A DNA stretch of 64,000 nt from Nemertoderma westbladi (GCA_032718475.1 JAUCBJ010007407.1:1-64000); one strand, 5' to 3'. Shown: positions 16,657-29,028, counted from the stretch's first letter. Translations and numbers: made by a program. The notes: generated by a model not told the origin, from the letters alone.

Positions 16657-18406
16657 GGCCGGTTTGCCTTCGGTTATTATCTCTCTTACCACACCCTTAT
16701 AACCCTTATGTTAGTTTATTCGGTTTCTTGTTGAAACTTCGTTTGATAATTCTTTGTAAAACTGTAAATATACTGCAATTCCTGAACATGTTTTCCTTTG
16801 GTCCAACTTTGGGACAGCCAAACATCAGGGAGATGGCAGCCTAGACCGTTAGGCCGTAAGCAACGCAGGGAAGGGGTGTCCACAACACGCTAGCGCCCAC
16901 ATTGGATCGACCGCGCACCCCCTTTGCCCCTTCGAAATGCTCCACTTGCTATGCAGCGCCCGCTTTGTGAGAAGGTAAGACTTTGTTCGACGCCCTTGCC
17001 CGCCGTAAGACCTATAGATCAGGGTAAGCGTGACACCGTACTGGACGCCGCAAATTTAGGATCAAATAATTATATCCAGACAACCCCCCCCCCCCCTTTG
17101 TCAAGTCCTACGAATCCCTGGGTTAACCTGTACTTCCTACAGGTGCGAACTATTGCCATTCGTCAGTACGCGAGTACATATTAGGTACGGACAGCATATG
17201 TTCCATAATTTAGTGATTCATAGCACTGACTGTTTGGTACCGGTTCGCTTTGTAGAACGTACATTAGTACCCCCCCCCCCCCCCCCCCTGTCTGGAGTTA
17301 GCTATTTGATCAGGCAAGGAGCATTTCTGCTACCGGCACACTGCTTGGCCTAGGGAGGTTTATTAATATCCTACCGCGCCTTGCCACGTACTGATAGGTA
17401 TTGCTGCTAACTACCGCAGCAACAAAGTTCTAGAATTAAATTAGTATACCAGATCAGCTAACGTACGGTAGCGATTAACCCCTATTCTTATCTTACAACC
17501 AGAATCTGGTATTAGTGCCGATCACGGGTGTAGTTACTAACACTGTGGTTGCCCATTGGGTTGTGGATAGGAAGGAGAGAGCTTTGACGTCATTCGTGAG
17601 TATAAAGTTCTACAAAACGCGACTAGTTTATTTTAGTAGCTAGCGCACGGTATCATTTTAGTCAGAAAATCACTAAAACCTAGTAAAAGGAATTACACGA
17701 AATTGTTTTATTTGTAACACACCCACACACACACGCCCTAAAACATATTGCCCTTAAAGTTCTACTAGCTATAGCGCACTATACATTACTTTAGGTGGAA
17801 ATTGTCTGTATTTGTAAAATTAGGATCTGATTTAGTTGCGGCAAGATAGAGTATTTCACTTTCGTTATTAAACTGTTGATTTCTGTCCAGCAGTTATTGT
17901 TACATTTAGGCTTGACCCTTTAGACTGATTTCGTACAGGGGGATCAGTTATCGTTACATTTAGGCACGACCCCTTTTCGACTGATTTAGGACAGTCAGTG
18001 TTGTTACGCTAGGTCTGTTAACCCACTAGCTCGTATATAAACCATATAAATCACACCGCGGCAAGTTACTGTATTTAGGACTGTCAGTGATAGTTAGGAT
18101 TCGCTGCGCGGGGATTGTTTTCCCGTGAGTTTGGTCTGTTACTGTAACTGTACATCTGCCTCACCGGTTAGAGGACAGGTATCCTTCTGTCTAGTACGTA
18201 GGCATTAGACCCGCTCACGTACATAGAATAGATACTAGGCTCTGTTCCTCGCCAGTAGTCGTTTGTGTATTGTATCTGTTTGTTTAGATATCCTGGACTG
18301 GGATTTGTTGTCAGATACTGTACAAGCCCGTATACATTACTAGAGTCTCATAGTAAGATACATCGTTACTAGGATCTGGTAAGTGGTATACTACTGGACC
18401 CTTACA

Positions 18407-21400
18407 TACTCATCGGTCAAAACGCGCATGAAGCGCTCGAGACATTGGAGAAACGGCCTGCTCAACCGCAACCACTACAAGCTTATGCGGGAAGAACTAG
18501 AGTGGGTTGGTACTTTACTGGCCCTTCCCGTAGAACTCTCATGGAAAGATTACCGAAAGATCAGGTATATCAAGTAAGAGAATGGGAAGTTGAGAGCAGT
18601 GAGTTAAAAGATCCAACTGAGGGAACACCATACTCCTCAGATAATGACGATGTCCACCAACTCTTCGACGAGGAGAATACCATTGATCTCCTTAAGGAAA
18701 ACGAGACTTGGCAAAACCAAGTGAACTTATGTCAGCTCCTTCGTCCATCAGAACGAGACGACTATAACAACGAACTTAATGACGTCATTGAACGTTATAA
18801 TGCCAAGACTCGGGATGAACACGCCGTACGATTCTTTACTCAAGAGGCTGTAGAGCCCAATTCCTACGATTAGGCCCTATCGGTAGAAGAAGAAAGAGCC
18901 AAGCAGATCCAAGAGACAACTACACGTTTTCTTAAAGATCAAGGTAGATATGAAATCGGTCTACCTTTCCGAAAGCGAGAACCAAAGTTCATAAACAACA
19001 GACCCTTGGCGGAGAAAAGAATTGCTCAACTACATCGACGCCTTACAGCAAATTCTTCAGCTAAAGAAATGTATCAAACGCAGTTGAAGAAATTTATTAG
19101 CAAGGGATATGCGGAGCGAGTACCGGAAGAAACAACTATAACTGAGAGAATGTATTATTTAACTCACCATTACGTTCCCAAACCCGGTAAACCCCATGAG
19201 GTACGAGTGGTGTTTGACGGCTCCGCCCTCTATATGGGCCAATCCCTTAATTCCGAATTGTTACCCGGACCCAACTTACTCCAATCCTTTTTGGGAATAC
19301 TCTTAAGATTAAGACAATATTCAATCGCTTTCGCCTCAGATATAGAAGGCATGTTCTTACAAGTCAAGGCGCTGGATAGGGATCGAGATAGCCTACGATT
19401 TCTGTGGTGGCCTGAAGGAGACCTCAACCAGAAACCGGTGGAGTACTGGATGACCATCCAGGCTTTTGGGATAATCTCAAGCCCTTCAAACGCCTGTTCA
19501 GTGGTGCGCACCACTGCGGATGACAACCGAGAAGCCTTCTCTAAAGAGGTGATTGACAACATCAAACGGGATATATACATGGACGACAACCTAAAGTCCC
19601 TTCCATCAGTCGAAGAAGCATTTAATGTCGCTAAAGGAACGGTAGAGTGCTTAAAAAGAGGTGGATTTCGATTAACTAAATTCACCAGCAACTCCCGTGA
19701 GTTTCTGGAGTCGATCCCGGTAGAAGATCGAGGAGCGAAAGACCTAGATCTAATCAAAGATGATCTTCCAGAAACCAAGACACTTGGTTTGAAATGGGAC
19801 ACAGAGAGAGATATCCTGTTTTTCCAGCTAAAACAGCGAGATAATCCAGTTCGGACTAAACGGATTTGTTTAAGTATCCTGAGCACTTATTTCGATCCAT
19901 TGGGATTTATTCGCCCAGTTATATTGATTGCTCGGAGTTTAGTACAACAAATGTGGCTTGAAAACCACTCATGGGACGATCCACTTAAGGGAGAATTATT
20001 AAAGAAGTGGATGAAATGGGAAGATTCTCTACCAGCCATCGAGAACTTTATAATTTCCCGTTCATATTTTGGTCATGCTCTCCCTACGTATTCCTATCAA
20101 CTCCATGTGTTTGGAGACGCCAGCGATATGGGAATAGGTATAGTAGCCTACCTAAGAGTGGAAACTCCGGATGGAATCAAAGTCGCCTTGGTTACCTCTA
20201 AGGCATTGATAAACAACAAGTTGAAAGTTCCTCGAGCGGAGTTAAAAGCGGCTCTATACGCTACAGCCATCGGCCAGAATGTAACAGAACAGATCGACTA
20301 TCCACTGGAGAAAACTGTCTATTGGACCGATGCTTTACTCGTGTTGGAGTATATAACCAATGAAGTCTGTCAGTTCAGTGTCTTCGTTACCTACAGAGTA
20401 GCCATTATACTTAGTCGCACGAAGATGGATCAATGGAGACATTGCCCCGGAACGATCAATCCAGCAGACATCGCCTCCAGGGGAGCTACTCCACAAGAAC
20501 TGGTAGATACTCCAGACTGGTTAGGTGGACCCGACTTCCTCTACAAAGAAGAAGAAGAATGGCCTCCTCATCTTACTACGGCAGAGATCAGACAGGCCAA
20601 GGGAGCGGAGAAAGTCAAACCTAAAACTCGGGCGAGTAAATCGAAGTTATTTAAACCTATGGTAGATCTGTCTGTACTACACACTTCCGGAGACGACGCT
20701 TTGGATCCGAAACCCACAGCCATAAATAAGTCTGTTGTGGAAATCCATGAGAAGGATTGGAAATCTGGAATACCAGACGTCTCGCAAGGACTCTCACCTC
20801 TCCTGCAGAGAGCGATACATCACTACAGTTCCTGGAATCGGCTCTGTAAGGCCGTCACATATTTAAAACGATGTTTTCATCATCACTACTCCGGGACGAA
20901 GACCAATAGTGATACCGCTCCACTAACATCGGTGCAGGTCCATGTTGTTAAAGGTCTTCCCAAATATAAGATATCCGTCAGGTTTCTGAAGGAGAAGATC
21001 AGTTATCAGGAGCATGAAGAAACCAACAAGCAGATGCTGAGACTCCTGCAATGCTATGAGGATTCCGATAAGTATTTCCTGTTGTTGAGAAATCCACAGA
21101 TGCGCTTAAGGGATCATTTCTCTAGCACAATGATAGATGGGTTGATACGTGTTGGAGGAAGATTAACGAATGCTCCATTATCCTTTGACACTAAATTTCC
21201 CATACTTATTAGAAATCTTGAGATACAAGTCAAGATGATTGTAGATGTTCACAGCAAACTTTATCATGCTGGTAGAGAACGAGTTCTTAGCGAAATTCGA
21301 ACTCGCTATTATTTTTATAAACCCCGTAGAGCTCTGAATCAAGTTCTTAGGAACTGCATACCCTGTAGGAAAGCATTCAGTAGGCCTTTAACACGAGAAC

Positions 21401-22452
21401 GAGTAAGCTTCTATGAACCACCCTTTACTAATACCGGTGTAGATTTATTTGGCCCTATTGAAGTATATCGTGCTAGGACTATAGTCAAGAGATGGTGTGT
21501 CATCTTTGTTTGTATGACTTGTAGATCATCCATCTTGTCTATCCATCTCGATATGGTGAACGATTTATCTACCAACAGTTTCCTATTAAGCTTACGACGA
21601 CAGATCGCTCGCTTTGGAACCAGTAACACGATGAGATCTGATAAGGGAACAAACTTCATTGGTGCCAACAATGAAATCAAAGCTTACGTCAAAGATTGGA
21701 ACCAAAGACAGGTGGACGATAAGCTACGAGTAACAGCGTCTAGCTGGACCTTCAACGCCGCCGACGCCCCTTGGTGGGGAGGAAGTTGGGAGAGATTAAT
21801 AAGAAGTGTGAAGACCGCATTTCACTTTATAGTGCCGTGCCGCGCGTATCTCACCGACGAACTTTTGTGGACGTTAATGGAGGAAATCGCCTCCTATCTC
21901 AACGAGAGACCGCTTATGCCAGTCTCATCGAGTCCCGATTCCCTGGAAGCGCTAACACCCGCGCACTTCCTACTGAAGAAACCTGTAGCCATGCTCCCAC
22001 AATCGGAAATCACAGACGGAGACGAATACTGCCGGCAAACTTGGCAACTCATGCAGTTGTTATCCCGTCGTTTTGCTGACCATTTCGAAAAACATTATCT
22101 GCCCACGCTACAACTTCGAACTAAGTGGTTTGCGCAGCAAGAAAACGTCAGCGCTGGAGACATGGTCCTTATTGTGGATGCAGATCTTCCACGTAAGCGG
22201 TGGCAGACAGGTCGTATCATCGAGACTCACATCTCGGATGACGGTTTGGTGCGATCGGTAGAACTTGTCGTCATGCGACGTAACTTCAAGAAACCGGGAA
22301 TTGTCTTCGAGACACAGCAGCTCAATCGCCCAGTTGGTCGCTTATGTTTACTGGAAAGAGACAGAGAACTCTCCGGAAACTATGGAAGACAAGATACTCT
22401 TCCCACGACCACCTCCCTAATCCAACAAACATCTAGGGACTCCCCAGCTTAG
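18407..22452 (+). pseudogene. pol: Element C pol (RT-RNase H-IN); in-frame TAG at 18871-18873; main ORF 19006-22452
   Basis: YYLTHH, DIEGMF, IYMDDNL, HVFGDAS, NPADIASRG, GVDLFGP, SDKGTNF, GGSWERL. ORFs 18445-18873 and 19006-22452 share a frame. Confidence 0.92.
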
Positions 22453-24082
22453 CAGCGTCTGGAGTGGGTGTGTGAACATATTATTTTATATTCTTATTAT
22501 TTTATATTTATGTATGTATTATTATGTAATTTTATTATAATCGTTTTCTTTAATTTTATTTAGTAGAATGTTATTTTAGCGATTATTTAGTAGATTAGTG
22601 CAATATATATTTGCGTTTATTATTTAATTACTTATATATTATATATTTAGTGCGATGGCGGGAAATAATTCTTTTTCTCTTTCCTTACTGTCCGTATTAT
22701 ATTACAAATACGTAACTACAGTAAGATGAAATATCCGTACTTATTAAAGTACAATAAAGCTCCTACTATATTCAAGTATTATTGGTAAAGTAGAGTATTA
22801 GGAATGCAAAATTCAGATCCTCGTATCTCGGCTAAACCAAGCTCTGGGTAGACCTTGGAAACGACTTGCCTCTTCTCACTGACACTGCTTCGTGCGATAT
22901 TGCTCTCATACCGTATATTAAATAATACATATAGTAGCGTGATGTCCCTTTAACAGTAGCATACAACGCAAATAAATCTGTTAAACCCTTTGACCATCTG
23001 CAATTCTAGTCGATTAAGATATCGCGTCACCCACCGATATACTTGAAAGACAAAATTCTAGAATCAGTGGTTAACGTCCCCAGACAAGTTCTGGAATAAA
23101 CTGGTGCCCATCCTAAATATTAATTATTAATATTTACAAAATTGTCAAATTTTAGATCCTTTAAAATTCTAGTCTATTAAGATATCGTAGCACTTACCGA
23201 TATTCTTAAAAAGACCAATTTCCTAGAATCAAGGATCCTAGTCCCCAGACATGTTCTGGAATAAAATTGTGTCTATTCAATATTCAATAATAAAATTTAC
23301 GGGAATAAATTTAAATTCATATTTTAATGAATTTGATAAATTGTCATCTTTATACAATTTATAACATTCCCAAAATTCCATTAATTAATAGATCATGAGA
23401 GCGGAGATTCACCCTATTAAGTATGTTAGTGTGCAAGAATCTCCAATATATAGTCAATAGCCGATAAAATTCATAAAATCATGTATAAAGAGGAATATTG
23501 ACAATTAAAGAATTACTATTAAATAGCATCCCAGATCTGTATGCATGAGAATTACCCTAATTCTACCGCTAGCTTTCCATAATGTCACCATGGCAACAAC
23601 CACGCGTGAATTAGAAGTGAGTTAAAAGAACAATAAAGCTTGCCCATTGAATAGCATAAGGAATAAATAGCACACTGCTAGTATCCCAGGATACCCTATA
23701 ATAACGTGGCATTCTGGAAGGCACTGACTAACGGACAAATGGCCCGAATGTGTGCGATTTGTGACAGTTGTGTGGAATTTGTGTGTTTATAGGTGAATGT
23801 TACTACTAAAGTGTGTTTACAGTAGCGAGTCGCAATTGTGAAAGTAGCCCTAACTCTCCAGTAAGAACCTGAAGTAAATCTAAGCCTTTGGGACGGTCGG
23901 TGGAGTGACTCGCGCTGGTTGTTGTGGTCGTTGTGCAGCTACGACGTTGGCGATAGGCACATCGGCGAAAGTACACCAGCGCTGAGGATCTTGCGCTGTC
24001 CGGGGGCCGAGAGGGGTAGGCAGCGACGCCCGCTAGCCTAAATATAAACTCATTATAATATTGATAAACTCATATAGCAGAT

Positions 24083-25441
24083 ATGACTGAGTTGATAGAA
24101 GATGATCTTGGTATCAGGGAGCGATATATTCTACCTTTACAAGCGTTTGTTGATAGCTTGATACGCGGCGACGCTGGTCCAACTACTCCGGAGGACGATG
24201 GTCGTTATATCGAACCGCCGATGTCCCAGGAGCAACTTACGCGTGAATTGGACTATAGAAAATTCACTGCTCGCTATACGCATTGTAATGGTACGTATAT
24301 GGACTTCTTAACTACTGGCCATCCTATCGATTTACACGATACGGACGATATCGACACCGAAAGGGAAATGGTCCTGTTTAAATATCATACCCAGCGGAGT
24401 CGGAACGATAAATTGAGAATCGAATGCGAAAATTCCATTCGAAATCGACTCGAAAGAGAAGACGTTAAAGAACCGGATAAACGCGGTAACTCCAACGTAT
24501 ATTTGGAATTCTTGAGAGAAACATTGTAAAACCGAATAAATATCACCCGCGTTTCCCCTACAAGACGTGCGTCTTTGGTATTATTGCAATGAATGCCCAA
24601 GACCCAACCAACAAACGGAAAGACATAAACATCCGTAGAGACGTTGCTTTAAACACGGTTTTACTCGCTATATTTACAGGAGTTTCAAGCGAAACTTGTT
24701 CGATGTATCACCTACGCTCGCTCGATTCAAACAATCCTTAAATAAACCTATGATCAGAGTTCCGGAATACTCGGTCAGACCTCCTCATTCCCTAGTTAGA
24801 CCTCAGACTCTTGATCCTAATAGTATCATGGATCCTCCCGAACTGTACTCACTGTTCAAAGATCTAGTGCTACCCGAACAGTTAGTCGGTGGCACTCCGG
24901 TTGTGGGCTCCCTAAATATTCGCCCATCTTACCTAGTCGGATTGGGATGCGGACATCTAATATCGTCATTCAACCGTATCATCGCCCCTGTTTAACCCGA
25001 TACAACCTGTCACCGAGGCGGAGGAAAGAGTTATACGAAACGCGTTGGACACTATTCGTCAAAAGATCGGAAAATGAACCTACAATTGTTTAGAGAAACG
25101 TAAATTACAGTAGCAAGTCCAAGCGGTAAACGAATTAACTTTATCTCAGTTCGATCAGGAAAGTCAGAATCTCTAAGAAGATATCGAACTTGGACGACCC
25201 TATTCTCTGCAAGAGTTTTGGACTAACGCATCGAAAGATAAGCGGAGGAAAATCAGATCGAGGAGAAGCATATCGAAATGGACGAGACATCGACCGTAAC
25301 CCTAAACCTTCAGATGCAATTGTATTGCACCCTTTACCCAGGAGTTACAGCCCTCCTAGTAAAGTGGCTCGCCCCAAAGAGAAAAGGACTCTTGCTAGCC
25401 TCAAAAAACTGCGTAAACGCCGTCCGCGTAAGAAAGACTAA
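24083..25441 (+). pseudogene. Element C accessory ORF (fragmented), ending in basic NLS-like KKLRKRRPRKKD
   Basis: The N-terminal ~120 aa and C-terminal ~50 aa are nearly identical to D ORFs 61835-62233 and 60786-61118. Confidence 0.7.
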
Positions 25442-25519
25442 CTGTTTAGAGTATTTTTATATTTTAGAAACTGTGATTTTTTATATTTTATAGACTAAAA
25501 TCCCATTTTCTGGGAGCGG

Positions 25520-26685
25520 TGTAAAAGCTTTTGCGGAATTAGCCGGTTATTTTCCCCGTAAAGTACTCTGTAGTTGGTTTAACAGGCATAAAAAGCCGTA
25601 TCCTTACTGTACTGGTGTTTTAGGGGACATAAAAAGCCATTTCTTCTGTATGTGTACTTTAGCGGACATAATTAGCAATTCTATGACGCAATGCGCTAGA
25701 TCCTCTTGAAACAGTGTAGTTACTATGACGACAGCTAACAGCTGAGCTGTACACGTGTAGCTTTTTCCTTGTTCTCTGGTGTTTCTTTGTTCGGTCAACC
25801 AATCAGAGCGATTCTCCTGCTTTTTGTACAGAAACCTCCGGGAAATCGCGCAATGCATTATGGGTCAATGTTTACATTTTGTCCTGAGCCCAGAAGACCG
25901 GCTTTTGGAATCTCTGTGTTTTCAGTCTTTAGCCCAACATTAGTAGGCTTAATTATAGAACGTATATCTGTTATCTCACTCACCTAATCATATTGTCAAC
26001 TACAAACACCGCATTTTTACTGCTATTTACTGTCGGTTGTTCATTATATCAGTTGATGGAATATTGTTATATTTGGATAATATCAATCAATAATCAGACA
26101 CCCCAATCTTCTTGATATACTGAAGGTTAGAGAGACCGGTTACATATAACGATTGCGACTCACATAAAAGTGGTTTGAAGTGAATCTAATGCTATTTCAT
26201 AGGCACTACATGTATTGGCTGTTGTTCTCTTTATATGTGACTAAAATTAGTGAAGGTCGGCAGATCGGTGTGCAGCTTTGTGCAGTATTGTGTATGATTG
26301 TGACTGATAACAAAGCATCTCCTAAAGAATGCGCCATATACGTGAATCTATAGCCACCCCGTTGTGTCTAGTTTAAGTCATAACTCTGTTTACATATTTA
26401 GAGCGCCACGTCCTAAAGGAACTGTTAATATTTCCCGAAAGTGATTAATATTTGTCAGAGATTATATATTACGATCAGTCGAATAATACAGTAGGCCTAC
26501 ACCGCAAAACGGTTAGGCTTCCGAATCCAGTCTCCCGGGTATATCCAGCGGGTGAATGGTCGCGCATAGACTGGCTTCGGCTAATGTAGTGTATCAAATA
26601 CTTGTCATAGGCTAAAGACGATTTATTATCTAGAAGACATCCCAATTTGGCAGTTTAAACTGCTAAAGGTCTAAAAGCGCGAACA
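25520..26685 (+). repeat. 3' LTR of element C (1166 bp, TGT...ACA)
   Basis: Starts tgtaaaagc after gggagcgg and ends aaaagcgcgaaca; both ends match the D LTR (59490-60707, minus). Confidence 0.85.
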
Positions 26686-28961
26686 GTAGCTAACCTTTCC
26701 TTGTGCTTCAACGCCTTGTACTCACTACACCAAAACACTGTATGTGTACCACCGCAATAAACACAGACAATCACTCTTTTGTTCTGCTACCGGTACCTTC
26801 GTACCTGTACTCTTTTCACTCTCAGACGTCCCGCATACCTGATTACTGGAAGGCCTACCAGTACCGATACTCTCAGCTGCACTGTCCATCTGCATACTGG
26901 ATTTAAACACCGAAGCATTCTTGCGATTGAAGTCACCACTTTTCTTCCCACTACTAGCGCCATATTTCTCCCCCTCTTTACTATGGCCCGGTGTGACTTC
27001 AGATAATTCAATAGTGCTGGGCTCAAATGAGGCCTTAACTCGCCTTCTCAACCAACTCTCCATACTCATAAATAAGTGAAGGCTCATTACCCCCTTCCCT
27101 AATAATCAGGCACTGCTCTCTCCACCTTCTCTGCACATAAGCCGGCATCCTCAGATACACCTTACGCAATGTCTCAGCTGAGTGTAAGTCAGCCACATTG
27201 TTCATCTGATCCAAAGTATACACACACAGAGAAATGTTTGATAACAGTTGTCTCAGACCCAGCCTATCCAACTCTGCTACCTGTCTTCCATTCGTAACAG
27301 TACCAATGAAAACGCGTGAAATAATTGCTGGATGAGCAAACATCTCTTTCAAAGTTTTCCAAACAACCGCATAGGCTCGGCCATTACAACCGAAACCCGA
27401 CACCGCATGTTTCGCCTTCCCATCCAGCTGCCCTTGCAACATCGCTAACTGTCTAGAATCAGTGTAGTGCACCCTCGTATGCACAAGTTCATGGAACCAC
27501 TCAACAAACTGTGGCCACGCTACAGGGTCACCACTAAACCGCAGTAGGTGGATATCCGGTACACCCCTCTCATCACTCAAACGCAGTAGGGCAACCTCAA
27601 CACCACGTCCTCCAGCAGTCTCTGGGTCCGGAATAATGGTCTCTTCTCCTTCTACTAACTCATCTATCCAATCATGTGTTCCTACAGGGTGGCCTCCTCT
27701 CACCCTACAATCGCCCCTAGACCCTGTGTCTCCCTCAGAAACACGTCTACTCCTCACTCCCTCATCAACCCTCCGACTCCCATAACCAGGGCCTCTGTCT
27801 CTGTCCCATCGCCTATTGTTCAACCCAGTCTCACCCTGTGGAGCACAACCTCCATCCACTCTATCCCGACTACCCTGCTCTGAAATGGGTTCCTGTTTGC
27901 TTTCCACAGGCCAAGCATCACCCTGCAGGCCCCCCATATCAACTCTTGCACCCGAATGCATAGGAACCTGTTCCACTTTCTCCCCTCCCAGCCAAACACC
28001 CCCCTGTTGAAATACAGGGCCCTGATGGCCACCTACATCGACCATCCTCACATTTTCGACATTGTTTCCCAGCACTGTGAGGTGCTGTTCAACCGCTGTC
28101 ACCAGCCCCCCCCCCCCTCAAACTCTTGCAACCTCACCCTCTGCTCATCCTCTACATCTCCTCTCAATCCTTGCTTGTACAACCCAGCTTCATAAGCTTT
28201 CTCTGCATGTTCCCATGCTAACACCTCTTCCCATTGCACCCTTATCTCCTCTACTCTTGCTTTTCTCCTCTCCTCTCTTGCAATCTCTTTCTTCTTACGC
28301 AATTCCTTGTCTACTTCTAACCGCTCAACCTCCCTCTTTCGGTCTACTTCTATCCGTTCAACCTCCCTCTTACTACAAGCCCGTTCTTTCTGTAACCGAA
28401 ACTCAGCCATCTTCGCTTCCCCCTCTAGCCTTCTCGCCTCAGACATACCACTATATCCCGAAGCCTGTGAACTTCCTTTCACCACTTTGCCTGTATGGAC
28501 CGATCTACCACTCTCCTTACTGTATGTAGACAGAGTCCCACTACCTTTTCCTGTTACTCTCCGTACACTAACACATCCCAAGGTATGTGTGCCACAATTC
28601 TCCTTCTAGCCTCCTCATATGTGCCCGCAATCCATCCTCGTTCTCCAGGTGTAATATCTCCACTCAAATATGCCGCTTTCACCCGCAATCCTGCCTGTTC
28701 CAACAACCGGCCTAAACTATCCGCACCAGCTACCGCATCTACACCTCCCCCTCCAGCGATGAATGCCCGCACCTCATCCTCAACTTTCTCCAACTTCTCC
28801 AATTCCACCTTAAACCTATCCATGGGCCTCACTTCCTCACTCTGCCCACCTGCCAGTACACACACACTCGCTACCCTCTGCGCAATAGTTGGCCCAGAAT
28901 TATCAGGGGACGACACCTCTTCACTATTATCCATGGCACACACTACACAAGAAACAGTCAC
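26686..28961 (-). pseudogene. gag: Element E gag (several frameshifts, one in a C-homopolymer near 28105-28118)
   Basis: Consecutive ORFs 28554-28961, 28099-28581 (coiled coil), 27035-28102 (DUF1759-like) and 26725-27087. Confidence 0.8.
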
Positions 28962-29028
28962 TCACCCGAGATCGGCCGACAACAAAGGTAGGGCCGTTAG
29001 CTGACAGTGTCTGACAGAGTGGTAGGGA

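Larger units (their letters stand above)
925..18406 (+). mobile_element. BEL/Pao LTR retrotransposon copy A (5' LTR truncated; gag-pol plus extra 3' gene; defective)
   Basis: Domain order gag-PR-RT-RNaseH-IN with BEL/Pao signatures. 925-1102 matches the last 178 bp of the 3' LTR (18229-18406) with 2 visible mismatches. Colinear with element B. Confidence 0.95.
16153..18406 (+). repeat. 3' LTR of element A (2254 bp, TG...CA)
   Basis: Starts TG after GGAGCGG, ends ...cttaCA; the 3' end is duplicated at 925-1102; shares conserved blocks with the B LTRs. Confidence 0.88.
18407..26685 (+). mobile_element. BEL/Pao LTR retrotransposon copy C (3' part only; interrupted by A in the protease region)
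   Basis: Sequence right after LTR A translates LIGQNAHEALETLEKRP..AYAGRTRVGWY, homologous to post-protease LIGTDQF..YACRTPIGWY of A. It continues with pol, a 1.6-kb spacer, an accessory ORF, PPT and LTR. Colinear with D. Confidence 0.92.

Noticed and set aside
16800-17150. Self-cleaving ribozyme (HDV-like or hammerhead) upstream of the anti-PBS
   Set aside because: The region is conserved between A and B, but I could not build a hammerhead core or HDV double pseudoknot by eye; an Infernal/RNArobo search is needed.
18871-18873. TAG readthrough in element C
   Set aside because: It aligns to a sense codon in A and B (EPGSYETAMS); treated as a nonsense mutation.
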